64,000 nucleotides of DNA, from the NCBI RefSeq assembly GCF_009914755.1, contig NC_060934.1; one strand, written 5' to 3'. The notes under the pieces were generated by a model. It had not been told where the DNA came from. It made no database searches and saw only the letters and a list, made by a program, of their open reading frames with translations. Each line of letters starts with the position of its first letter. Within the stretch, counting starts at the first letter, position 1. Shown here piece by piece: positions 1 through 13,744 of this stretch. The position numbers and the translations under genes were made by a program. This DNA comes from the human T2T-CHM13v2.0 reference genome, Homo sapiens.

Positions 1-868
1 CAAAGCTAATAACGGAGATAAGGCTGGATGGTGAGCCGAAAGCCCGCAGCTCTGCACCTGAGAGCAGCAAGCCAGTGGTTAAATGTGCGCGGGAAGCACG
101 GGGAAATTCAAGGAGTTTATTTCTCCAGGCTTTCCAATTTGATTACTATAGAGTACAAAGCTATTAAAAATATGACCTTTGTATTTTTTATACCTTGGCA
201 AAAAGCCAGATAATAACTTTGTTTGACTTGGTTAGTGTGATAGAGTGCTTATTCAGATGGAAATAAAATGACTTTTCTTTACTGGAAATTATACCTTGAA
301 GTCTAAATGTCCATCACTGATACAACACACAGACAGCCTGAAAACCACCGAGGCTGTTAAAGAGAAGAATGCAGCATTTCCATTTTCTCAAAGGAAAAAT
401 TTATATTTTTGTACAGATGTCATCAACTTAACATGGTAAAAGGTAAATCTATTGTTTCAATACAAAAGTTAAAAAAATTGATTACATTAACAGAATATCA
501 ATGTTTATTACAGCTTTAAAAAGCAAAATAGATACTGTTCTCTCCTTAAAACATTGTTTTCTCATTGGAACTTTTAAACTAGGCAAAGCAAAAACATTTG
601 GCTACATCAGCCTGGGTTTTAATTTGAATTTTAAAGAATACAGAAAAAGCAATGATTTTATTTATCTAAATTAAGGATCAATTTCTGAAAGTTCACCAAA
701 CATGGGAGATGTTGCTCTCAGGGTTTATAACGAGTGAAATAAAAAGCAGATTTTGTTGATGAGTTCCCATCCCATACAGAAAAATAGGTTCCCTCAATGA
801 GTATTAGCAGAGAGAGGGTGTGTCTGTTTCAGGACTTAGTAAGAATTTTAGAAAAAAATGCCCTTTTT

Positions 869-1272
<404 letters not shown>

Positions 1273-2585
1273 CTACTGAGAAGTGTATGTGTTGGATTGG
1301 TAAAAAACAGCAAACAAAGTTACTTCTGTCTGAGGCCTGAATTTTTAAATTTTTATTTTTTTGCTATTAGAAAATAATGACAAAAATTACAATAGTGAGA
1401 ACAGGGTATGAAGGAAAGTTCTAGAATGGTCAGCAGGTGCACTGCTTAGTGGTCTGTCTGCCTCCAGGTTCACTCTCCACTGCCTGCCCCACCTTGGAGC
1501 CAATGCCATGGCCTTGCCTTCCCGCCCTGCCATGCTGTGCTCACAGCAGCCTTCCAGATTGAAGTGTGCCTGCCCCTCCCCAGAGAAGCTGGGCATCCCC
1601 TCCAGCCCATGCTGGGGAGGCAGCACAGCCCTGGATGTGGCCCAGGACTCACTGCCATCGCCAGGTACCCACCACCCAGAGGCCCAGGATGCGCGGTATG
1701 GTGGATGTGTCAGGGTGCACAGCTGTCTGGGTGGGGCATTGTCCACCCGGGAGAGTGTGTCTTACACCAAGTCCGATGCATGCCATTTCCCTCAGTCAGA
1801 AGGCACAGAACGCACAGACTCGAATGGGAATTGGGCTCTCCCACTGACAACCTCACTGGAAGGATGTGTTTCTTCCACCCCCAGGACTTGGGTATGCTGG
1901 ATTTGCAGATGTAGTGAGCAAAGGAGGTTTTCCTCTACTGGAGAAGATGGCCATGCTTCTGTAAGAAGGAGGCTGAGGCTGTTCCCAGGACACTTTCACC
2001 TCTCCAGTGTTGACACCACTTGGCAGGGCAGGGGCTGTTGTCCTGAATACCACAGTCCCTCCCTTCGGAAAGTGGGTGCTCCTACCCAGTGGGGCAGCAA
2101 CACTGTGTTGTAAACACGCCGAATTCACCAGCCTATGATGTTCATTGCATTAGTCAATGGGAAACTGTGACCCCTAAATAAGGAGAAAGCCACTGAAAAT
2201 TGGATTCTACTAGAAGGCAGATTCAGATCACCCCACCTGTCAAACCAGCAGAGGAGATGGCAAAGTGGATCATCCATTTTACAATGCTGGTGGCAGGGGG
2301 AGGCTGGAATTCTATATTTAGGCTTTGTGCCCTCCTTCAGAAGTGAGGAATATGGCAGCTGTGTTTTATGTTGACTAATTATACTTTTTCTCCCATTTTT
2401 CTTGCCACCACATAGGAAGGGCATTGATGGTGGCTTGCATTTCTATAAAGGGTCCCAGTGGGAGTGTAACTGGATTGAAATCATCATTCAAAACTACTGC
2501 TGCTAGAACTTTGTATTTCTCTTCTGTTGGGAACTTGAATGTTTCATCCAGAAAAAAAAGAAAAACGAGGATCAGAACCAGCAAG

Positions 2586-5095
2586 TAGTGCTAGATGTCT
2601 GTGTGCCCCTCCAGACACACTCTACCCTGCGCTGCTGAGCTCTGCATCCTGGGAACTGGCCTCAGAGGGTTGCATTCTGTCGCTAGATGTTTGTGTGCCC
2701 GTCCAGACACACTCCACACCACCCTGCTGAGCTCTGCATCCTGGGAACTGGCCTCAGAGGGTTGCATTCTGTCGCTAGATGTTTGTGTGCCTGTCCAGAC
2801 ACACTGCACCACCCTGCTGTGCTCTGCATCCTGGGAACTGGCCTCAGAGGGTTGCATTCTGTCGCTAGATGTTTGTGTGCCCGTCCAGACACACTCCGCA
2901 CCACCCTGCTGAGCTCTGCATCCTGGGAACTGGCCTCAGAGGGCTGCATTCTGTTGCTAGATGTTTGTGTGCCCGTCCAGACACACTCCACACTGCCATG
3001 CTGAGCTCTGCATCCTGGGAACTGGCCTCAGAGGGCTGCATTCTGTTGCTAGATGTTTGTGTGCCCCTCCAGACACACTCCACACCGCCCTGCTGTGCTC
3101 TGCATCCTGGGAACTGGCCTCAGACGGTTGCATTCTGTTGCTAGATGTTTGTGTGCCCGTCCAGACACACTCCGCACCACCCTGCTGTGCTCTGCATCCT
3201 GGGAACTGACCTCAGAGGGTAACATTCTGTCGCTAGATGTTTGTGTGCCCGTCCAGACACACTCCACACCGCCCTGCTGTGCTCTGCCTCCTGGGAACTG
3301 ACCTCAGAGGGTTACATTCTGTCGCTAGATGTTTGTGTGCCCGTCCTGCCCGTCCAGACACACTCCGCACCGCCCTGCTGAGCTCTGCATCCTGGGAACT
3401 GGCCTCAGAGGGCTGCATTCTGTTGCTAGATGTTTGTGTGCCCGTCCAGACACACTCCACACCGCCCTGCTGAGCTCTGCATCCTGGGAACTGGCCTCAG
3501 AGGGCTGCATTCTGTTGCTAGATGTTTGTGTGCCCGTCCAGACACACTCCGCACCACCCTGCTGTGCTCTGCATCCTGGTAATTGACCTCGGAGGGCTGC
3601 ATTCTGTTGCTAGATGTTTGTGTGCCCCTCCAGACACACTCCACACCGCCCTGCTGTGCTCTGCATCCTGGGAACTGGCCTCAGACGGTTGCATTCTGTT
3701 GCTAGATGTTTGTGTGCCCGTCCAGACACACTCCGCACCACCCTGCTGTGCTCTGCATCCTGGGAACTGACCTCAGAGGGTTACATTCTGTTGCTAGATG
3801 TTTGTGTGCCCGTCCAGACACACTCCGCACCACCCTGCTGTGCTCTGCATCCTGGGAACTGACCTCAGAGGGTTACATTCTGTTGCTAGATGTTTGTGTG
3901 CCTGTCCAGACACACTCCACACCGCCCTGCTGTGCTCTGCATCCTGGGAACTGACCTCAGAGGGTTACATTCTGTCGCTAGATGTTTGTGTGCCCGTCCA
4001 GACACACTCCACACCGCCCTGCTGAGCTCTGCATCCTGGGAACTGGCCTCAGAGGGCTGCATTCTATTGCTAGATGTTTGTGTGCCCGTCCAGACACACT
4101 CCACACCGCCCTGCTGTGCTCTGCATCCTGGGAACTGGCCTCAGAGGGTTGCATTCTGTCGCTAGATGTTTGTGTGCCCGTCCAGACACACTCCACACCG
4201 CCCTGCTGAGCTCTGCATCCTGGGAACTGTCCTCAGAGGGCTGCATTCTGTCGCTAGATGTTTGTGTGCCCGTCCAGACACACTCCGCACCACCCTGCTG
4301 AGCTCTGCCTCCTGGGAACTGACCTCAGAGGGTTGCATTCTGTTGCTAGATGTTTGTGTGCCCGTCCAGACACACTCCACACCGCCCTGCTGTGCTCTGC
4401 ATCCTGGGAACTGACCTCAGAGGGTTGCATTCTGTCACTAGATGTTTGTGTGACCGTCCAGACACACTCCACACCGCCCTGCTGTGCTCTGCCTCCTGGG
4501 AACTGACCTCAGAGGGTTACATTCTGTCGCTAGATGTTTGTGTGCCTCTCCAGACACACTCTGCACTGCCCTGCTGAGCTCTGCATCCTGGGAACTGGCC
4601 TCAGAGGGCTGCATTCTGTTGCTAGATGTTTGTGTGCCCGTCCAGACACACTCCACACCGCCCTGCTGTGCTCTGCATCCTGGGAACTGGCCTCAGAGGG
4701 TTGCATTCTGTCGCTAGATGTTTGTTTGCCTGTGCAGACACACTCCACACCACCCTGCTGAGCTCTGCATCCTGGGAACTGGCCTCAGAGGGTTTTGCAT
4801 TCTGTTGGTTTCAGTGATAGGGAGGGAGGCTCAAGGGTTAGTTTTCCTTCCAGTCTGTTTGACAGTTGCTGTGTTTCTCTTAAGCTCAAAACTTTTGTTG
4901 GACGGCTCTTCCCCTCCAACTACAGATTTCCCTGAGTTCAGTGAATTGCTGTCCACTTTTTTCCCCTAAGGCTGCATCTCCCCGGGAGCTTCATCATGCC
5001 CTTTAGTTTCTGTGACATTCTCTGCACCTTTAAGATGACTTCCTTTATTAAATTTCTTACTTAACCCTCTGAGTGTGCCATCTGCTGCCTGCCCA
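2586..5095 (+). mobile_element. LTR33-like (ERVL) solo LTR whose 5' part is expanded into a minisatellite
   Basis: The start GATGTCTGTGTGCCCCTCCAGACACACTCT and the end CCCCGGGAGCTTCATCAT...TCCTTTATTAAATTTC...TGAGTGTGCCATCTGCTGCCTGCC resemble the recalled LTR33 5' and 3' ends. Confidence 0.7.
2590..4807. repeat. Minisatellite/VNTR, 92-bp unit x 24
   Basis: GCTAGATG recurs at 2590, 2682, 2774, 2864, 2956 ... 4621, 4713. One 90-bp unit (2774) and one 101-bp unit (3324, internal 9-bp duplication). Confidence 0.98.
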
Positions 5096-5528
5096 AACAG
5101 GTGTACCTAAGTTCCAGCCTTTACTCTAACAGAATGCCTTTAGGTGAGTCACAGAATTGCCCTGTAAATTAGAAGAGCAGGCTTGTTTATGAACTTTTCT
5201 TATTTAAGATCCTATAAGTCCAGCTTTACTTTAAAAAATCCACCACCATGACTATAACCTCTTTACTGCCATTCAACAACCCCAAATTATAACTGTTTAG
5301 TGGATATTGTAAAAGTATGTATAGCTTATCACCTTTTTAATAAGTCCAATAATGCTTCAAACTTAAGAGGAATGAGAAGATTCTACCAAACCTGAAAATT
5401 CACATACCTATAGAAAATTCTGATTATTCAACCATAAGACACTTCATAATAATTTGCAAAAGTAATTTTTACTTTCAACAAGTCATTTTTTTTGTTCAAG
5501 TACAGTGTCACTAGGTTTAAAAATCAGA

Positions 5529-5648
5529 TTTTTTTTTTGAGAGAGGGTCTTGCACTTCACATATGCTGGAGTGCAGTGGCCCAATATTGGCTGACTGCAA
5601 CCTCCATCCCTGGGGCTCAGGTGATGCTCCCCCCTCAGGCTCCCAAAA
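5529..5648 (-). mobile_element. Old Alu fragment/monomer (AluJ/FRAM-like)
   Basis: Poly-T followed by GAGAGAGGGTCTTGC...GCTGGAGTGCAGTGG...CTGCAACCTCC...GCTCAGGTGAT. Confidence 0.75.
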
Positions 5649-6367
5649 GTCAGATCTTAAGTGGTGCCACCTAGCAAGTTTGAGGTAGTTAAAAATCTGT
5701 GACGTGGTATTCGACAGTTTCTCAATGAATTAAATACAAATAAAAGAGTATTGTTTTGTTGGAGAGATCATTGTGGCAGGCTCAACAACAAAAACATTAA
5801 AGCCACTAAAAACAAATCACAGGCGAGATTTCCAGCAATGGCCATTTGAAGAGAAAATTAAACCCTCTCCTCCAAAAGCAACTATACAGCTGAAACCCCT
5901 GCCCCCTGCAGCTTGTAGAAGTTCTGTCAGATTAAGGCAGGCTGCAAAGGAACTGTAGCTTCTTGGCTGCAATTAATGGATCACCTGGCTTGGAGGAATG
6001 AATGGTGTAAAATAATCAACAGAGGAGTTAAAGTGATACACTCAGTTATTCAGGAAGAGATTGAGAAGGCGAGAGACATGTGGAAAATAAATTGCAAAAT
6101 GGTAAATGTAAATCCAGCCATATCATTAGTTGCATTAAATATGAATGGTCTAAACACCCAAATAAAAAGAGCAGAGATCATCAGATTAGATAAATAAGTA
6201 AGATTTAGCTACATGCTGTCTACAAGATACATTTTAGAATCAAAGACACAAATACATTGAAAGTAAAAAAAAAAAAAAAAAAAGAAAAAATACGCACCAT
6301 ACAATGACTCTAAAAAAACTACATTTGCTGTATTATTTATTGATAGAACAATTAGGTGGAAAATTAA

Positions 6368-6724
<357 letters not shown>

Positions 6725-8368
6725 CACATATTGTTTTTAAGGACAAGAAACATTTTACGAATAGATAATATGCTAGATTAGAAAAAAAATCAATACATTT
6801 AATAGAACTGGCATCATATAATGATGTTTTTGACCACAATGAAAGTAAATCAGAATTGAACAACAGAAAGAAATCTGGAAAATCTGCAAATATTTAGAAA
6901 TTAAACAATATACTTCTAAATAACCCATGGATCAATAAAGGAAAAACAAGAAAAATAAGAAAAAAATTTAACTGCACTAAAACAAAATTATATTAAAATT
7001 TATGGGGTGCAACTAAGACAGTAGAGGGAAATTTATAGCTTTAAACACCTATATCAGAAAGAAAGGAAGATCTCAAATCAATATTCTAAGCTTCCATGTG
7101 AATATAGTAGAAAAATAAGAGCAAACTAAAATCAAAGTAAGACATAATAAAGATTAGAGCAAAAATCCATGAAATAGAAAACCAAAAAAATCAACAAATT
7201 GACATATTTAGATTGACCGACCAGTAATAAAAGACAGAAGACACAAATTATGAAAATTAGAAATGAAAGAAGAAACATTATCACCAATCTACAAAAATTA
7301 AAGGGGTCATAAGCACATGTTATGGGCAACTTTATGGCCCAAATGAGGCAACTTAGATGAGATGGGGGAAATTACTGGAAATGCGCAGATTTCCAAAAAT
7401 GACTAAAGAGGAAATAAAAAAACTACAAAAATAACAATTAAGAAAATTAAACTAACAATTAGAGATCCCTTTACACAAGAAAAGGCCCAGGCCCAAATGG
7501 TGTCACTGGTGAATTTGTTAAATAAAGAAAAAATACTAACAATCTTTTACAAACTGTTCTAGAAAATGCAGAAGGGGAGAAGACTCTCCATTCATTCAGT
7601 TGTTCTAATATTATATTGATAGCAAGCACAAAAATATCACAAAAAGTATAGCCCAAGATTTCTTATGAATATGGATGTGAAACTATTAACACAACATCAC
7701 CTAACTGAATCAAGCACCATATGAAAAGGGTGTATGTAAAGACCAAGTTAGATTTACGCCTACAGTGAAAAGTTGGCCTAAAATGTAAAAATCACCTAGT
7801 GTAATATACTATATTAATCAAATAAAGATCAGACACCTGATTATCACAATACATGCAGAAAAAAGTATTGGAAAAATCCAGTACTCATTCATGACAAACT
7901 CCCTTAACAACTCTGAGTACAATGGAACTTCTGCAAGCTATAAAAGGGCATATATGAATCACTCATGCCCAGCTCCATCCTTAGTCATGAGTGGCTGAGT
8001 GCTTTCCTGTAGATCAGGGACAAGGGAAGGATGTCTACTTTCACACTTGAATTCAACAGTATACTGCTGGTCCTTGCAAGTATGAGAACAAAACAAACAA
8101 AATAAACAAACATGCCAATCATTCAAGGCATCCAGCATAGGAAATATTAAAATGTATTCATTTGTAGATGACATGAACATCTATGTAGAAAATCTGATAG
8201 AATCAACAAAAAATATATTAGAACTAGTAGGTATTTTAGCAAGATTGCAGGACATATGATTAGTATAAACATATCAATCGTCTTTTTATATATTACTAAC
8301 AATCTGAAAAGAAAAACAAGAACATTGTTACATTTACAAGAGCCTCAAAAATAAATAACTAGGAATAG

Positions 8369-8595
8369 TTTCTTCTTTTTCTTTTTCTTTCTTTCTTTTT
8401 TTTTTTTTGAGACAGGGTCTCACTCTGCCACTTGGGCTGGAGAGCAGTGGCATGATCACAGCTCACTGCAGCCTCGGCCTCCCAGGCTCGAGTGGTTCTC
8501 CTGCCTCAGCCTCTGGAATTGCTGGGACAGCAGGCACATGCCACCACATCCAGCTAGTTTTTGTATTACTTGTAGAGATGAGTTTTCACTGTGTT
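8369..8595 (-). mobile_element. 5'-truncated AluJ inserted in L1
   Basis: T-rich tail, GAGACAGGGTCTCACTCTG, ATCACAGCTCACTGCAGCCTC; flanking TAGGAATA / TAGGAACA is a degenerate TSD. Confidence 0.88.
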
Positions 8596-10779
8596 AGGAA
8601 CACACTTAACAGCAACAACAACAACAGTGAAATGCAAGACTTGTGTACTGAAAACTACAAAACATTACTGAAAGAAATCAAAGGAGAACTAAGTAAATAG
8701 GGAGAAATTCCATGTTTCTGGATTTAAAGACTCAGTAATGTCAAGATGTCAAGATAACAATTCATCCCAAATTATCCATGGATTCAATGCAATCTCTGCC
8801 AAATCTCAAATCCCAGGATTTTTTTTGTAGAAAATGTCAAGCTCCTCCTAAAATATGTATGAAAATAAAATGCAAAGGATCTAATAGTAAAAACAATTTT
8901 GCAAAAAAATAAAGAAAGAAAAAGGTTGGAAAACTTATACTAGCTGATTTCAAAATTTACTACCAAGGTAAGGTAATCTAGATAAATTGAACAGAGTTGA
9001 GGGTTCATGAATTAATGCTTACATCCATGGGCAACTAATTCCTCCAAAGGTACTAAGAAATTTCAATGGGGAAAGGATACTCTTTTCAAGAAATGGTTCT
9101 GGTTCTACTGTATACTCACATTCAAAGAAATGAATATACACCATTACCTTACACTATACACAAAACGCACAATGAACCACAGACCTAAAGACCCTAGCTA
9201 AAATTTTAAAACTCCTAGAAGAAAACAGGAAAAAATCTTTATTAGCTTGAATTTGGCAAATAATTCTTAGACACAACATAAAAGGCACAATTCATTAAGG
9301 AAATATCAAAAAGTTGGACTTCATCAACTTTTAAAACTTTGAGCTTCAAAACACATCTTTAATGAAAAAATAAATCTTATACAGGTTGAAAATATTTGCA
9401 AGTTATATATCTGATAAAGAACTTTTATCTAGAATATATATATAAAGAATCCTACAACTCAGTAATGACAAGAATCCAGTAAAAAGGAGTAAAATTTTGA
9501 ACAGTCATGCCACTAAAGAGGACATGTAGAAAACAAAAACTTAAAAAGATGTATACCGTCATTAGTAATTAGGGAAATGTAAATGAAACCACAATGAGAT
9601 ACAGCTATATACCCTCTAGAATAGCTCTAATTAAAAAGACAGAAAATACCAAGTGTTGGATGAACTATGAAAAGAGGCGATTCCTCATGCGTGGCTGCTC
9701 AGCATTTAGAATGCAACAGCTACTTTGGAAAATTGTTTGTTTGTTTCTTAAATAGCTAAACATATACCCGCCATATAACAGAGTACTTCAGCACCTAGGC
9801 ACCCACCCCGGAGGAATGAAAACACGTCCACGCAAAGGCATGTCAGGGAATGCTCACGTGGCTTCATTCATAACAAGCAAGAGCTGATGACACCACAAAC
9901 GTCCATCAACAGAGAGGGGGAGAAACAACAGGAACTCTATCCAAACCTTAGAATAGCATTCCGTAGGCCAAAGGTGCAAACTACGGACACGCGCCCCAAC
10001 ACAGATGAGCCTCAAAAACATTGTGCTGAGCAGGAGTTGGAAGGAAGACGTGACGTATGGCATGATTCTATTTATACAAAATCTCCAAAAGAGGAAAATA
10101 TTTAGAGATGGGGCATCCATTAGTGGTTGCCCAGGGCTGGGGGTGGGATTGGATTGTTGCAAAAACATCATTAAATAAATGAAAAAATAAGCTTCCTTCT
10201 GCACACACATCCATGAAGCCCACATTCTCAAGAGGACGTGAGGCGCATCCCAGGTGGTCATGCAGCTCAACACTGTAGATGTGTGAAAATGATTGAATTG
10301 TGCACGGGCAAAGTCTATTGAATGGAAGCATGTCAGTAATGCTGCAACAAATACATGAACTGCAAACTACAGTAGTTTCTACTGTATAGCTAGAATGGCA
10401 CTTACTTGATTACACTTGAGTAAGAATATAAACTGTTGTTTTGGGAAAATTTTTGTTAGAAAACTAGATTTCACACAGCCCATAGAATTTTTGTCACTAC
10501 CCATAGAATTCCATTGTCAGCGCCTACACCCGCCTCTGGCCGCCTTCCCAGGCATGGTCCACCGTGAGCCGTCACTGCTTTGAACTCCTTGTCTGTCCCG
10601 TTGTACCGTCATCACCTTCTCTGTCATCAGTGCGATTGCACACGCATGGATTCCCTGCCTTATTGAAGACATTGGAGACCTCCCTCCCGCCTACAGGACC
10701 AGGGGCCTTCACCCTCAGGAATGCCCAGTACGAGGGCTGAGCTTTGCAGTCAAATAGTTAATGTTCATAGAGCTTATTA

Positions 10780-11303
10780 GAGACCCACAGCATTTAATCC
10801 TCAAACAGCCCCTTCAGTAGGCACTATTATTATCATCATTTGTTCATGGGGCCACTGAGGCACAGCAAGATGAAATGATTTGGCCAAGGTAGCTCAGCTG
10901 GTGAAAGAGATTCAGGGTAAGAATCAAGGCTGGTGCAGTGACTCACACGTATGATCTAGCGATTTGGGAGGCTGAGGCGGATCGATCACTTAAGCCCAAG
11001 AGTTTGAGACCAGCCTGGGCAACATGGCAAAACCCCATCTCTACTAAAAACATGAAAAATTAGCCTGGCATGGTGGCACGCACCTGTGGTCCCAGCTATT
11101 TGGGAGGCTGAGGTGGGGGTATCACCTGAGCCCAGGAGGCTGAGACCCCAGTGGGCTTTGAAGGCATCACTCCACTCCTGCCTGGGTGACAGAGTGAAAT
11201 CCTGTCTCGGAAAAAACAAAACAAAACAAAACAAAAACAAACAAAAACCAAAGAAAAAAAGAAAGAGAATAAGAATCCAGACTGCCTCCATTTTAAACCA
11301 CTA
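10780..11303 (-). mobile_element. MIR SINE split by an AluJ insertion
   Basis: MIR core CATTTAATCCTCA...TAGGCACTATTATTATC...ACTGAGGCACAG...CCAAGGT before the Alu; resumes as AGACTGCCTCC...AACCACTA after it. Confidence 0.8.
10928..11269 (+). mobile_element. AluJ with (CAAAA)n tail
   Basis: GCCCAAGAGTTTGAGACCAGCCTGGGCAACATGG; TSD TAAGAATC(A/C)A at 10918-10927 and 11270-11279. Confidence 0.92.
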
Positions 11304-12885
11304 AAGACGATTTGGGGTTCTCCTCGTATTATCTGATGCAACTCCAGGCTCCAGCGAGCATGCCGTCCTGCCTGGTCTCCTACCCGTGGCTCCGAGCACA
11401 GCCCCACAGCTGGGAGCCGAGCACGCCCTCCCACCTTGCCTCCCCACCGGCTGGGGACCATGGTGTGCACTTCCAGATGCTACTGTCATTTTCTGCGACA
11501 ACAGAACACACACATCTGTGAAGTCTATAATCACAAACTGAGCGAAACTCACGAGGTTATGACAATTTCCCACCTCTGAAAATAACATTGATGGATATGT
11601 TTTTAAGAGACTGACACATGTAACTCTTTATTAAAAAATTATTAAATAACTCCTTGAAATAAAAAGGCAGTCATGTAATTAATAGTTATGTACTACTTGA
11701 CAGCATAATTACTCATTACCAATATGCAGGAACAAAATGACTTCTAATTTTATCTTCAGAGTCTTTAAAGGTAAAAAAGTACTTGAAAGGAAGTAAACTA
11801 GAAAGAGAAGATGGCTTTTGTGAGTGCTTGAGATTCTTCTTGACTTGGAATTAAAAAAAACTAAAGGTTAAATTACAGATGATGTTATGCTGCATTTACT
11901 GAAGCAGGTGAATCATGAAAACCACTTGTATATCTCAATAAAAATAAATTAAACATATATATATATGTAGAAGGCAGTCTAACACAGGTTTCTCCTACTG
12001 TTGTGTTAGCTAAAGATTTTTCTTTTAACTGTCTGGGGAAATGTGAATTTATCTGCATCTGTTCAGAATTGGCCAAACACCTCCACAAGTTGTTCAGAAT
12101 TATTGACGAGTCCTGAGAGCTAAACCCCAAGAGACATTTTTCCAGCCTGTTTTCTGTGGTGCAGAAAGGAGCGTGGTGTGCGGGAGCAGAGGCTGCTCTC
12201 AGCTCATGTGCTGAGTCCAGGCCTGTGCGGAGCCTGAGGCTGAACTCGCCATCTTTACACTCCTTTAAGGGAAAATACCCCTTTTTCCAGGGAAAACTGG
12301 GAGACAGACAGTCGACGTGGGTTGCAATCCCAATGCCGGTTGCAGTGCTGAGGGCTGGCCCATCAGGGGCAGCTTACAGGGACTGAGGTTTGCACCTTGG
12401 CGCTGGTGGGGTGTTTAGTGCCCTGGATGGAAACAATGCTGGGATCCCAGTGAACAGACGGCAGGGAATGTTCCTCGGAGGGAAAAACAGGCCTCTGGAG
12501 GTGCAGGGCTTGGTTTTGGAATCTAAGCTCCACAGGTGGAGGCCACAGAACAGCTTTCTCGGGAGTCCCCACTGGCTTTGTGAAGAGCAGGGAAGGCATG
12601 GTGAGTGTCCAAGTGTCATCACATTAATACAGAATTGACACATGTCCACTGACCATCAGACAGCAGACATGCCCTGGAATGACAGCCTCCACAGATCCAG
12701 CCCGTGGGACCCAGCCCCAGGTTGCTAAGTGTCCCCAGCGAGGCCTGCCCGACCCCTCTCACCCTTCTCCTGCTGAGCTGTGGCCTTCCCATGTCCTCAT
12801 CACCCAGCACAGCCATGCCTCCTGCTCCTGCCCTCTGTGTGCACCTGCCTGGCTGCCCCACTTCTCACGCCTCTGCCTGACCCTG

Positions 12886-13364
12886 CGCTCTCTCCTGCAT
12901 GGACACAGGCCTCCAGTGGACCTCAGCTCCTGCATGGACACAGGCCTCCACTGGACCTCGGACACTAACCCCACATCTGCCCACGCTCTCTCTTGCATAG
13001 ACACAGGCCTCCACTGGACCTCAGACACTAACCCCACGTCTGCCCATGCTCTCTCCTGCATGGACACAGGCCTCCACTGGACCTCGGACGCTAACCCCAC
13101 ATCTGCCCACGCTCGCTCCTGCATGGACACAGGCCTCCACTGGACCTCAGACGCTAACCCCACATCTGCCCACGCTCTCTCCTGCATGGACACAGGCCTC
13201 CACTGGACCTCGGACGCTAACCCCACGTCTGCCCACACTCTCTCCTGCATGGACACAGGCCTCCACTGGACCTCGGATGCTAACCCCATGTCTGCCCACG
13301 CTCTCTCCTGCATGGACACAGGCCTCCACTGGATCTCGGACGCTAACCCCACGTCTGCCCACGC
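12886..13364. repeat. Minisatellite, 63-bp unit x ~7.5
   Basis: Unit CTCTCTCCTGCATGGACACAGGCCTCCACTGGACCTCGGACGCTAACCCCACGTCTGCCCACG; 21-aa periodic translation in the ORF track. Confidence 0.97.
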
Positions 13365-13744
13365 CTCAGGCACCTCTTGAACTCCGGGGCTTCCTCTGCT
13401 CAGCAGCCGAGGTCTTTTCCGCAGGTGCTGCCTGGCCCTCCTCCCGTGGCTGTGAACTCCCCTGCACGTGTCATGGGAGTTCCCAGGCCATCCGTGAGGC
13501 AGACTGGCTCCTCTCAAACTCCCACGACGGCCTGTCCTCAGTGATATTTCCGGGCTGCCCCCACACTCGACATGGAAGAACGTGAATGACTTGCCAGGGC
13601 CATGGGCAGAGGGAAGGTGGCTACACACGTCCCGGCTTGTCGCTCACCACCTGTTAACAGCCACGCATAAAGCAACCCGCACGGTCTGAAGTGGCCCGAT
13701 TGTTACATGTTGTATTATATATAGTTTACTATATATTTAAAAAA

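Noticed and set aside
1508-2113. 201-aa ORF
   Set aside because: No recognisable domain, several overlapping ORFs on both strands, and composition typical of GC-rich non-coding DNA.
2590-4807. CRISPR-like array or repeat-protein gene (many similar 70-105 aa ORFs)
   Set aside because: Units are contiguous with no unique spacers and no cas genes, and the context is primate. 92 is not a multiple of 3, so the ORFs are frame-cycling artefacts.
5770-5960. Possible L1 5' UTR remnant upstream of the ORF2 fragment
   Set aside because: Similarity is too weak to call without an HMM search.
5976-6197. ORF with an endonuclease-like LNMNGLN motif
   Set aside because: Fragment of a dead L1 ORF2; it stops shortly after the motif and the rest is frameshifted.
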